This document shows, piece after piece, positions 26,557-39,130 of a stretch of DNA of 64,000 bases; the first letter of the stretch is position 1, and every line of letters starts with the position of its first letter. The notes beneath the pieces were generated by a model. It saw nothing but the letters and a program-made list of their open reading frames with translations, did no database searches and had not been told where the DNA came from. The position numbers and the translations under genes are program-made. The stretch is from Selaginella moellendorffii. Taxonomy: Eukaryota > Plantae > Lycopodiophyta. The DNA lies in the NCBI RefSeq assembly GCF_000143415.4, contig NW_003314276.1, positions 1,526,696 to 1,590,695 on the forward strand. The letters are read 5' to 3'.

Positions 26557-28872
26557 TAGGAACCCGAGGGTCAGGGCCTTGGCCACTGAACGAAAGAACG
26601 GTGCCAAACTCCCAAGCATGGAGCCAAGGAGTGATGGAACCGAACCACGGAGCAACTCCTAAGCATAAAGCCCAAGGAGCGAAGGGACAGGGGCCCGGAG
26701 CGACTTGGAATAGTCCTAGAGTAACCAGCATCCCAATGCCAGGACCAGCACGCAAAACGGAGCCAAACGGAGTCTGGCGCTATTTCGGCATACCGGTGGC
26801 CTAACGCAAGGACATGGGTACTCCACCAACTAACATGGAATGGAACTTGGGCTTAGACCCAAGCCGGACACAGAACAAGGACAGACATGCAAGCGGGAGC
26901 TAGACTATGCCTCAGGTTGGTCGGCCATGCCCGACCTACCCACTATCCCTACTACACATTTGGAACCCCCCACAGCCCCCCCCCCCCCCCCCTTGAGGAA
27001 CACACGCTTTGGGTTTTCACCCCAAGCCTCCCTTAGTATCAGGAGTTAGTCTCTAGGACAAGCTCGAAACTTACTAAATATGGAATGTCCTTAGATTGCG
27101 AATTTGGACACGGGACGAACACCATTGTGTTCAGGCCGATCTCTACATTCCGTAGATATGCCAAATGAGCAAATCTGGACACTTTCCATGAATAGCATTT
27201 GGGACCGAAATGAGACCAACACAAAGGGCATGATAGCGAGGAAGCTCTATTTCGTTAAAGTGGGATTTATTCAGTAAAATGGGAATAGGTACAAATTTTC
27301 AAGTATTTGAAAATGACGTGAAATTATATGTTTTTTGTCTAGGGGCTAGACATATCTGGGGCATGGTGACTAGCGCGGTGACTTTGTGTCCAGACTGAGT
27401 CCATCTGGTTGTATAATAAATCTCATTGTCAAGGTGAACAAGCCGAATCTGAAGCTAAAGAAGAGCGATGGCATGCGCGCAAACACTATTTGTTTGTTCA
27501 TTGAGCGTGTGGTGAGCTTTCCAAGATGAACGTCATTCCTATTAGCCAGACATATAACTTAATGGTGAGAACATTTAGATATTATTCAATGTTATCTTTT
27601 TCTAACGAATCTAATTGTGAAGGTGTAGCAAGAGGCATTGCTAGTCTGGAGAAGTCATTTAACTCATTTGACCCTTAGTGTATTTTCATGAAACTAAATA
27701 ACATTCATATTATTAAGGAATTTCTCTAGTACCTTTTTTTTACGACATAGAGGCTTGCATTTCTTTCAAAGGTGATTTAGTAAAAGGCCTAAGGGCACAT
27801 GCCATTCTATTTCTCAGACCGGTATTAAGATATACTAGTGCAAAGGGAAAAAGGTATTTGGTGATCAAGTAAATGGCATGAGGGCACACGCCATTATAAG
27901 CCTAAGCACTAGTGGACACCTCCTTTTTGGTACTCTCAACGGTACTATCATCCTTCTCCGGGTCAGTTGTTTTGCTTTGGATTGTTGTCTCTGACGTTAC
28001 TGGGGCGTTCTCGATAGTTGTTAATGTTGCCGTTTGTTCAGAAAAATGATCACCTAGAGTATAGTACGGGGAGTTTGGAAGACTTATATATTCTACATCT
28101 TCACCTATCTCCTTCTCCGTCTCCTTTTCTGCCTCACTTACAGATTTTGTGCTTGCCATGAGAACGCTCTTCACCCTAAAATATGGAGTTCGTTGTGTTA
28201 TAAAAGGAAACCAACACACACGCTGCAAGGGAATGATGGTACATAAAGCACGTAAGCCCACAATATGGGTTTATGTGCCATTAATATGGGCCACACGCCA
28301 TATTATTAGATTTATGCACGTGTGATTGGTAAATGCATATGTCACATCATCTTTGTTTTACCTCACACACTATATCAGGCCTAATGAACCATATCACATG
28401 TGCGCACATGCTATATATATGGAGAAGTATTATGCAAGGATAGAAAAATTCAATGCATGATTGTGGAGAGCAATGGCATGAAGCCACATGCTAAATAACA
28501 TTTTAGAGAAAGAATTAAAATAAAAACATGCAAACAGTACTGAGTGGACCAAGACTTAGAAGTGCACAATTGAATGAGGTATTTCTAATAAATATTTCAC
28601 TCACCTCGTATAGGAATGGCTACCACTCTCAAATGGCGTATCGCCTCATGCCATCACCTCGCAATTTGTTATAACAATCCGATGAATTCATATTCGGCTT
28701 GTTCACCTTGAACTTTAAGTAAAATTTGCTAGAACAACTAAGAATTTATACTTGTTATTTGTATCATCTCACCTAGGAATGGCGTAAGGCCACATGCCAT
28801 CACGCCTCCTCTGATTCAGATTCGGATTGTTCACCTTGAAATAAAATACATTAGAAACTTAGTAAAGGAATA

Positions 28873-31800
28873 TTAATGAATCTCACCTTGAACCCGGGTT
28901 ATGAATGCTCTTGCTGCATCTCTTGCATGGTCTGGCAAGGTGATGGTGGCACTCTGCTTCCGCATCCAACCATGCACAACATTATCCACCGATATGCTCA
29001 TGCTGGGATCCCTTGGATTCAGCACCCATCTCTTTTCTAGGCAATCCTTCGTATATCCGGAACTTGGCTTGAACCACTCCACAGTTATATTGAAGGAGTT
29101 AGTTTCCGCGTCCTCCTCTGCATCAGTGATGCAGCGCCCCACCCATATCATTTGTTTTTTATTACTGGGTCTGACAAGCACGACCATTCCTTTGCAGACC
29201 TGTACTGGATTGAATGCTGAATCCGGCTTCTTGTTCCTCGGCCCACAATAATGATCCTCAACATCGTTATCTGTCACTGCATTTCCAGAGAACATTGTTC
29301 CGCTACTATCTGGTGCTCTGGGTTCTGGCCAAAAGGACTCTTCCAATTCTTCATATACAACCGGCCCATTTTGGATAATAGATATAATCTTCTCCCAGTA
29401 TTCGAGCAAAGGCTTGCACTTCTGAAAATAGGATTCTCCACCAAACACCAACCCCCTCTTCCAGAAGGCAATATGCTGTCTAATCCTGGCCACTATACTT
29501 TCCTGGTCTTTGAGTCCATCCGGGTGCATCGGCCGTGGGGAACCTTAAGGAATCATAGGTTCCCCAGTTATGGGATCTCTCTTGAAGAGTTCAATGCCAT
29601 CCACTGGCAGCCACACTGTGTCCCATTCTCTCATCTTGTACCTCATCACTGGAGCACCGTCACGCATGCTGAAATGAAACTGAAGAGGCTTGGAGTGGCC
29701 AATCAGCATTTCAGATCCGTCCCTGATGAAGCCTCTTACAAACCCCTTAAAGTCTGGAACCTCTGTCACAAGTGCAGCTTCAACAGTGCCTTTGATGCAA
29801 TTTTGGAATTCATCGTAGAGTTGTGGGAGGGTGAGGACATTGGATCGCCGGAGGGACTCTGCCAGGTGACTGAACATGGCATCGACGTCTTCATGAGTGT
29901 GCTCAACCATGAGAAAGCCAAGTGTAACCGTTTCAAATATGCCTTTGGCAACAAGCATCGCCAAGTACGCGAAGACGTACATGTTTTTGTTCTCACTGCC
30001 AACATTGTCTGTTTGGAGCAGAAGATGAGGTGGAAGGCCACATCGGCCGCAAGAACTTCCTTGAGATTCTGCTTCGTTTGGATGAGGCTGTGCATTCACC
30101 GGGCGACCAGCATCGTCGGAATGGCATGAGGCCTCCCGTGATAACCCTACAATTTGACGGCCAACATATTCACTGGGATGGCATGGGGCCCCACGCGATA
30201 CTGCAAGCCTTTGCTCCTCCTCCAGCTGAACCCTGTATGGGGTTCAATCAACAAGGGCCTTATGCAAGGGTTGGCTGTTCAGCTCAGTCTGCGCACTTTG
30301 CAGAGACCTTAAGTGTTTTGCTAGGGACACAATCATCATGTTTGCACCCCCGCCACCCCATAGAGGTACAAAGAAGTTCCCATAGTTCTGGGCACCATGC
30401 CCATGAGCGATTATGCCAAATAGAGACACAGGCAGCTGCATGGATGAAGAGATTGCCTTGGGGGCAGGATTGAGTCGAGGTAAGCACGTCTTTTTCTGGT
30501 CCATTTTGTCGTGGATGATGTAGAGGTAAGAGTCAGGTCTCTCCATGGAGAGAATCCTGTTATGATAATATGCAGTCCTGCAGCTTCTCTGCTCGATGTT
30601 GTGGTCGAGCCGCCTTCTAACCAACGTCTCTCGCTCTTGAGCGCTGCAAGAATTCTTCGACAAAGCCATTTGATAGCAGTGCACTCGTCACACTTTGAAA
30701 AGCTGGAGTACTTTCCTATACTCACATCCCTGAACATGTTGCTCCACAATCTACTAAATCTAGATTGGCTCAGCTTCCTGTAGCCATTACTCTGGAGTTC
30801 CCGATTCACATCTTCCAATATGGCCCCCTTGGTATACATGGAAGGGAGAACTCGTTGGGTGTCTCGTGTTCCATCTTCCAAGAGGCGGGTTTTATGTGGT
30901 TGCTGCTCGCTACATGTCTCGATAAACCTCTTGAAGATTGCCTCTCCATATACAACATGACCCCTGGTTTTGTGCGTACCGTCGTTCCCATGGACTGCCT
31001 GTTGAACCCTTTGTTCCTTGAACTCAGTTTTGATTCTGTAGAATGTGGTTCGAGGGACTCCATAAATGATTCTCCATGCCTTCATGCAGACCAAACCCCT
31101 CTGGAAGACCATGCCCCCCACCTGATGTTCTGAAGCATCAACAGATGACCGTAATGCCTCATACACAAAATTGCGAGCTGCCTTCCAGGACAATGTCTTG
31201 TATCTTGCTCTCTCCTCTTCAATAGCATCCCAATCAGCATGTTGACAGCACCTCCTTTTGCAACAAGCAACTGTCGAGACCATTCGAACCTCCATCGCCA
31301 TTTTCTGCCTTTTCGGTTCATTGCTCAGATCCCTTTGGCTGCGCTTTAGGAAGGTGTACTTTCTTTTCCCATGAAGAGATGTTCTGTCATCAGTTGTAGT
31401 GGTGTTTGATTGTGAATCCTTCACATTCTCAAACACTAAGTGCCTCAATTTCCACCGCACAATGCTTCCAATAGTCAGACTGTTTTCTTCTGTGTCAACA
31501 ACCTCTAAAATCGCAACTCCAATATCATCCCAGCTCAATTCTTGATTAGCAACCGCATCTCTTGGATCGACAACTGTGGCTAAGCCCTCAGCTACCACCT
31601 CCCCCTCGGGGTTGTTTAGAAACACCTTTGCCTGAATCCATGTAGCACGATTCTTAAGATCCACGGAGGGAACATGCATCGCACTTGCGCTGTCCCCAAC
31701 ATCTGCTTTCTTCTGAATATTTTTCAAGGCAACAACAACATTTACCCCGACGACCATCTCTCCTCGTTCAATAGCGACCACATTCCCATCGAAGACAGTC

Positions 31801-31940
31801 TCTACTGATACAGCAGCATTGCCTTCCCCAAGCCTTTGACAGTGTATAACAAAGTTCTGATCCATAGACACAAGGGTCCCTTTTGCAACTCTCTTCCCAC
31901 CATTCAAAATGTAAGCCTTTTCCCCAACCTTGAAGGCCAT
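28873..31940 (-). pseudogene. Sola1/DUF7869-like DDD transposase (~1000 aa), disrupted
   Basis: Motifs CCKRRCC, VCMKAWRIIYGVPRTTFYR, FSKCDEC, IIHDKMDQ, LLLQTDNVGSENKN, FLMVEHTHEDVDAMFS. One frameshift near 30670; in-frame stops at 30244-30246 (TGA) and 29545-29547 (TAA). Confidence 0.85.
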
Positions 31941-33234
31941 TCTGAAAGTGCAGAAAAGAAGTTAAGACCATACAAAAAATGATTGGAGAATGGCCTAAAT
32001 CATAACATACCAAACAACCTCAATAGCATGAGGCCACATGCCATTATTCAAACATGCTATTGACACCCACGTGAAATTTTGCATTCACAAAATTGGCATG
32101 AGGCCTCATGCCATCTTGATATACACACAGCTGCAGGCAAGTAAAAACATACATGACAATACGCTAGCCATGAAATTGCAAGGGCCCAAGATGGCATGTG
32201 GCCTCATGCCATTTCTAAATGTGGTCCTAAGCCATTCCATGGTGAACATACCAGGAAGCACAAGTGCCGAATATCAAGAGGAAGCGGTAGCCACACCAAA
32301 GACAGTGCCGCTCGCAACACCGCAACTACTCATAGCGCCGCTCGCAACACCGCAACTACTCGTAGTGCCGCTCGCACAAACTGCCACTCGCATAAACTGC
32401 CGCTCGCAATGGCGCTCGCAATGCCACAACCGCTCGTAGACGGATAAACCACAGCCCACAACGCCGCTTACACAAGCAACGCTCATTGCGCTCAGCGGAA
32501 CCAAGAACACGGCGCACAAAAATGATAAACCTAGGAATGAGTTCGAGAATTCAAAAATAACACACGCTTGAACGTCACATCAAATCCTCTGACAAACCAG
32601 ATCTTATGATTCCTCTGACAAATTTCAAACTGAGTAGCTTCTAGACTTTGTTGTCGGAGGTTGAACTTTGTCACATCATGTCCTTGCCTCGATCCAGCTG
32701 TGCCATGTCAGTGATTCGAACTTTCCATGCCATGTCAGCGATCCGCGCCAAGATTATTCGCCGTGTAAAGGAATAATTATGCTGTGTGTGTACGTCCATT
32801 TATGGCAATATAAGGCCACACGCCATTCAAAGAATAATGCTAGTCGAGCATTTTTTGGTGCATTTTTGGGTTCAAAATTGCATGAGCCCACACGCTATAA
32901 AGTTTACCTGTACCAAAAATAGAAACAGCTTTATTTACTTGGGAATTTAAGTGGTTGAGGCATTTTTAAACTTACAAACACATGCCCTACTTACATTCCT
33001 TTGGTTGCTTAAAATTCAAAAATATTATAAACCTTTCTTTTTGCATTTTCAATGTTTTCAATTATGGTTTTTGATTTTCGCAGGACCAGCCTAGTAATCT
33101 ATTTGCATCCCGTCATGTTTATAGCTAGCTTTCGTTTGTCCCCTTCGCTAGCCTGAGATACATCTGCTCGTCATCTGCCTCTTACAGCATTTGCCCAGAA
33201 AGAGCATCTTTCTTCACGCAGCATTTGCCACATG

Positions 33235-33260
33235 TTTAGGGTTTAGGGTTTAGGGTTTAG
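33235..33260 (+). repeat. Short interstitial plant telomere repeat (TTTAGGG)x3.7
   Basis: tttagggtttagggtttagggtttag. Confidence 0.85.
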
Positions 33261-34776
33261 CAATTCAGTAGCTTGATAAACATGCAAATACAGAACTTGA
33301 TGCAAAATCCTTTGATATGTCACAATGCCCCTAGGACCATAAACACATTTCAATAGAGAGGGTCCTTTCATTTCATAACTCCTTGCGTAGATCTTGGTGA
33401 AACCAGAGTTAGTGAAGTTAGTTTCTTGTGATCCCGCATCTGATTGTGATGTCCCTTTGCAGTGTCGATGGAAAGGTCAATGCACACCAAACTGTAAAAT
33501 CTTGGAGCAAAATAACGGTCGGATCTATGGCAAATGCCCCTGAAACATTGTAAGGCTCGTGTGGTCTCATGTGGTGTCCGATCGAGATGCTTCTTTGCAG
33601 GGTCATCAAGAAAGACATTGTATACCATTCTGTAAAATATAGTTGCGATCTAACGGTTGGATCTCCAGAAAACTCAAAAAAACTCTCGCGCATGTCAGAA
33701 TATTCTAGGAATATACTCCTATGTGCCCCTGAAATTGGCATGCGGCCTCACGCCATTCAAGAGATAACGCCAGATGACGCCGAGCATTTTTTGGTGCATT
33801 TTTTGGGATCAAAATTGCATGAGCCCACACGCTTGAACGTCATATCAAATCCTCTGACAAACCAGATCTTATAATTCCATTGTATACCATTCTTTATTTA
33901 GCTAAACATTTGGCATTTTTAGAAATACAAGATGCTTTGGAATATCCAATCATGCATGGTATAAATATAGCGAGGGTATTAAATGATATCCCAATCATGA
34001 TCTTTCTTTTGGATTTCACGTGCATGCAGTCCGAGGAATGATGACGTTGCGGATTTCTTTTGGATTTCACGTGCATGCATGCGCGCGGCGATCCAGAAAT
34101 TAATGGTGGCGCCCAAGTCCGAGGAATGATGACGTGGTGGGATTACTAACCGTCGTGACATTTCGTGCGTGTGAGGTTAGGTTTTGCATTTTGCTTCATA
34201 CTCGCGCTCGCATCGCGCTCCCACTCGCGATCACGCTCACATTCGCGCTCATCTACCTTCTCTACAGGTTTCTCGTGTGCATCAGCGTCCACTCGCGCTT
34301 GCATCACACTCGCGCTCGCATCGCGCTCGTGTGCATCGGCGTCCACTTCAAGACACACCCAGTTTGTAACTTCGCCGCCAACTCCGCCGCCCACTCCGCC
34401 ACCCATACGCAGCCCACTTGGCGTCCTGGGAGATTTCAGCGCCACTCTCCAACTGTAAGTGGCAGAGTAGCCTTGTTGCTACGATCCGCTGCACACACAG
34501 TGCACATTCGCCAGCGAGTCCGGCCTCGATTGTCACGGCCTCCATTCGGCTTCAAATGGTAAGTCTTTTAGGCCAAGTAGAAAATGGCATGAGGCCACAT
34601 GCCATTCAGTAGCAACATTGGCATGCACCGATTGGGCTTTCGAGTGCAGTCCGGTTACAGATGGCGTGTAGCCTCACGCCATCTTAGGATGCAGCCTCAA
34701 AACATCTGATGCAGTGGTGAATGGCGTGTGGCCTCACGTTATTTCCAGCTGCTAGCTTTTCATCTGTCAGCTCTAA

Positions 34777-37700
34777 TTGTTGTGCATTTCTGAACAGGCG
34801 AGGAATTGCGTTCTTCTTCCAGCCACTGTCAATGTGGATGCAGAGAAGGGGGAGGAGTTCACCAGTTGGACTTTCGGGATGGAAGGCGAGGATCTGAGGC
34901 TGTACAACACAGATGGTGGGAGAAAAGAATGCATGGGGATCCTCATCCAAGTGACAGACACTCCATGCAGTTCCATGCAAGAATATGGACTGGCACTTGT
35001 GGTAGAGACAGCGTCCGCCTTCAAGATCCACCTTGCACATCCTAGCGGCTTCCCGGAGGGGGCAGCGGCTATGAGGAATTCCTAGAGGGAGCTAGGGAGA
35101 GGTTGTCCAGGAGGCCCACAATTTCAAAGACGCTGCGGGTCTATGAAGATCACATGGAATCCATGGACCTCACCTACAGCGATGTTCAAAAACTATATTC
35201 CAACATTGAGCCGTTGAGAGTGCCTCCAGTTCACGAAGCGAAGGGGAAGGGGGTCGATCTGGAAACTACCCCGAAGCAGAAAAGGGTGGTCAAGCTCAAG
35301 CCAACGTCCGACTCTCCTGCAGCTCCAAAAAAAAAGCTACTCGGTGATGCCATTGCCTCGGGTTCGAACACTACACCCACCAAAAAGAAGAGCCACAAAG
35401 AGCAGAAAGAGCAAGAAGAGGCAGCAAAAATCGTCGCAGATAATAGTACTTGTTACTATTCCAACAAAGTATATATAATCGACGTGAGCCGTATCGACAT
35501 CCAAAGCAAATACAACCACAGGCTAGTATCTGATGAGTGGGTGGAGAAACTGAAGCAGAAGATGCTGGCAAGTCCAGTAACACCCGACATCGCAGACGTG
35601 ATCCCCTACTACCGAACATTGGCGATGCAAGAGATAGTTCTGGATATTATGGTGGGCGAGGAGGTGAAGAAAGTCTTCAGGACAAGAGTTGTCCGCCTGA
35701 TAAAAGGCAACTCGCCCCTCCGATCTATCATATCCATCTCCCACGCGCAGAATATCAAGCAAGAAACGTGCTACAAATCGGGTCTGCATGAGACATTGGC
35801 ACGAACACGGAAGCTCTGGGTTCAACTGAAGAAGCCAGAAAAACCAGGACAAGGACGTGCACTAGCAACTAGCGCCTGGCAGGTAAGCCTCGTTGCATGT
35901 GGCATAGCATGTGGCCTCACGCCATTTCCATTGCAGGAATTCTCGAGTCTTCTCTCGAAAACACTGGGGGTCAATGACACACTCAGCATCCATAACATTC
36001 TACTCGCGACAAAAGTTGTTTTTGACAAATGGGTAGATGTGCTGAGGAGGTACCATGACGGGGAGTTGCTAAACTCAATGGGTGTGGAGGACGGCCGGAA
36101 GCCCAATGATTTGAAGCTCAACGCCTTGCGTTTCTCGCGGTCTCTAGACGACGACGACCTTCTGACAGTGGCTAATGCTCTTCTACATAGTGAGGTAGTC
36201 TTCAACAAGACCAAAATGACTCCCGGCCATATTGTGACATACGAGGACTTGTGCACGACTCTGAGAGCTCGTGCGCTATTGAAGGATTGGATCTTCGAGC
36301 AAGTGGCTGTGGAGAGGGTGAGCATCGACACCACGCAAGAGATGATGGAAGAGCTGGAGTTGTCAAATGAAGACATCGACGACTACGTGAAGGGGGCCCC
36401 CAAGTTCATTGATCTGCTGCGGGATGCCACGAAAAGTAAAGCTGAGAAGTTGGATCAGTATCCAAATTTCATTAAAAGGGATGTCGACCGCCGGCTTCAG
36501 AAACAGCTCGACCCCGCAGCAGAGCCCTATCGAGAACCTTACCGGGTATACGTGAATTCGGATGAGGATCAAAGGTGGAGGAGCATCGTTTCCCGCGGAG
36601 ATGAGCAGGTCAAGAACATCTTTTGTGTGATGGACTTCACAAACGAGGAGATCACTCATGCAGATGAAGTCAGCTCCATCATTGACTTAATGGTGGGACT
36701 TGCGGAGGTGGAATCTTCAATCCACTATATGATCTACGACTCCGAATCCTATCACAAGTTCTGAAAGGCCTTGAACGAGGTGAAGGGTCAGTTGAAAGGC
36801 AAGGAGATGCAGGAGATCCATGGGATAATGGCTAAGAAGAAGATACCGACAAATGTCCGCATCTTCACACTCGCCCTTGTTATTGGTCCTGCAGCAAAGT
36901 GGGACTGGAATGACTTCCCAGCTTCGTTCGACAAGGCCGATCGAATTGATCTGAGGGAGGTCAATTTACCCGTGCCTGAGGAACTAAAGACGGCTATGGA
37001 GCTTTCGAATCTAGAGAAAGCTCCAGGTGCAGCATGGGAAATGCTCAGCTGGGTCTTCAACGCAATAGCACCTACTTCCGACTCCAAGGGCAAATGCGTT
37101 GTTGAGTACAACTGCGGTAGACTATTCTTTCGAGCCGCACTACTCAAGGGTGTCCCGTGTGTTGCGGTGACAAACTCCATTGAAGAGGTGACTTCAATGA
37201 AGCATATAATTACAGTTGCCAAAGAAAAACAGTATCTTCTCTACGAACCTGGTGAGTACGCACTTTAAGTTTAAATGTTATCTCACAAGCTCTGTATGCA
37301 GGAGCGTGGCCACCCCCAGATGCTGAAACGGCGTTAACAGCTACTGTTGGGCCGAGCTCACAACCTGCATAAGGTAAGGTCACGTGAGGCCTCACGCCAT
37401 TTTGATTATAGATCGTTGTGAATATTTAGACACGAGAACTGAAAAGCGCACTGGTGGCACATCGAAGAAGGACAAACAGACAAGCAATAGGAAAAAAGGA
37501 GGTACAAATTATATTTGCAATGGCATGTGGTCTCATGCCATTCTTTGCAGGAGACACTTCTTCAAAGGCAAAACAGGCAAGCACCAGCCAAGCTCAAACT
37601 GACAGTGGTCATAAAAAGCGAAAGCACGTTGGACAGTCGTCGGGATCAGAGGCGTTTGATTCAAAAAGGAAGAAGGGCAACGAAAAGATGATAGGTAATG

Positions 37701-38300
37701 CCTCGCGGTCACCACCTCCTGACTCAGATTCCTATGGCGGACTCCCCTTCCCCAATCTCAATGGAGAGGTACAATGGATGAGGGATGCTTTTCAAGTCAG
37801 GGCCACGTTTTTCTCATCTCGTCGTCTTTGAAGGGTGCAAGAACGTGCAGAAACCATGTTAAGACAGTCGAATGAGGATACGGTCCTAGGTCACGCACTA
37901 AAACAGGCTATGGATGTCTTGTATTTTGAGATGGAGACTCGGCCAGATGATTTTCCCAAGATGGTCCTGGAAGAACAAGCCATCCAGCCTGAGCAGCCTA
38001 TGGAAGAAATGCAGGAGGGGGATGAGGGGCCAGAGAAAGATAATGAACAGGAAGAGCAGAAGGACAAAGAGGAGGACAAAGAAGAGGAGGACGAAGAAGA
38101 GGAGGACGAAGAGGACTTGGATGGTCCTCACAATGGTGACGATCACAATAACGACGATGACGATGATGACGACGATGGCCAGCCTGAGGTGGCCAAAGAG
38201 CAGCGGAGGAAGGTCATACAAGACAAACCATCAGGTAAATAATAGTACATCCATTCCTAACCTTTTACCATTTCTAACATTGTCCATGTAGGTTGCAAAG
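34777..38300 (+). pseudogene. Transposon cargo gene: ParB/Srx-like domain, degenerate N6/N4-methyltransferase-like fold and acidic tail; multi-exon, disrupted
   Basis: ORFs 35103-36764 and 36771-37268 share a frame across a single TGA; probable frameshift at ~35045-35080. Short GT-AG introns continue to the E/D-rich exon at 37835-38240. Domain resemblance is by eye only. Confidence 0.55.
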
Positions 38301-38488
38301 CAAATGGTAAGTAGAGATTATTCAGTTGAATTAAGATACAAACTCTAGCCTTTAGTGTCGAGGAAGGATAGTGCCAAGCAAGGGTCGAAACGTATGTCCA
38401 ATCCTTCAGAATCAGCAGTGCACCCAAGTGATATCGGTCCTAGTTCCTCAATAGCAGTTGATGGTAAATACAGTATAGTCGATTCAAT

Positions 38489-39130
38489 GTGCTAATGAGT
38501 TTGTTTTTAGTAGCCAATAGGGAGGATACCATCTCAATCGAAGGGAGATATTTGGACATGCATATGGATCCGCCAGTGGACTCTACTTGCCTGCAAGAGT
38601 CATCAGAGCTGGTGGAGGCTACTATCCATATCAACGCCAAGCAAGTTGACCACGCTCCACTTGATGCTGCCCATACCACTGAGTCAATCTTGTCCACGTA
38701 TCCAACTGACGGTGACCAGGCGCCATTGGACCCGCATGAGGCCGCCCCAGCCGCCGAGCCGGTCGTATCCTCATTTCCAACGGACTCAACGTGTGCCCAA
38801 TCATCTGACTACGCGCCGTTGGAACCTCCCTACACCGCCCCTGCTGCCTGTTCGGTCATGTCCACTTTGCCAACGGAGGCACCAGCTGAAATGGCGTATG
38901 ATCACACGCCATCGAAACCACCCCATGCCACTGTTGAGCCAGTTGTACCAGAGTCTACAGCTGAAATGGCATGTGCCCACACGCCATCGGATGCGATTGA
39001 CCCCACATTGCAGAGGAGCGTATTTCCGCCCTTCACGTTTCCTCGACCAAAACCCTCTGAACGACCATCGGGAGCACCATTCGCTAATATTGTAGATGGT
39101 AAAATTGACTTGTACCATTTTTTATGCTGA
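38489..39130 (+). CDS. Low-complexity Pro/Ala/Thr-rich ORF or exon in the transposon, possibly part of a neighbouring cargo gene
   Basis: 213-aa ORF with internal repeats (AEMAYDHTPS/AEMACAHTPS, encoded by the palindrome). A GT donor at ~39099 and AG at ~39145 could splice it to the phosphatase ORF. Confidence 0.45.
   Translation: MLMSLFLVANREDTISIEGRYLDMHMDPPVDSTCLQESSELVEATIHINAKQVDHAPLDAAHTTESILSTYPTDGDQAPLDPHEAAPAAEPVVSSFPTDSTCAQSSDYAPLEPPYTAPAACSVMSTLPTEAPAEMAYDHTPSKPPHATVEPVVPESTAEMACAHTPSDAIDPTLQRSVFPPFTFPRPKPSERPSGAPFANIVDGKIDLYHFLC

Noticed and set aside
26449-27224. ORFs repeated at 26.4-27.2 kb and 45.8-46.9 kb
   Set aside because: Chance ORFs duplicated because they lie in the two LTRs.
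29251-30473. 292-aa and 147-aa + strand ORFs
   Set aside because: Antisense to the transposase catalytic region; no recognisable motifs.
33368-33874. Small ORFs in the centre of the transposon
   Set aside because: Short, overlapping on both strands, no motifs; cannot be supported as genes.
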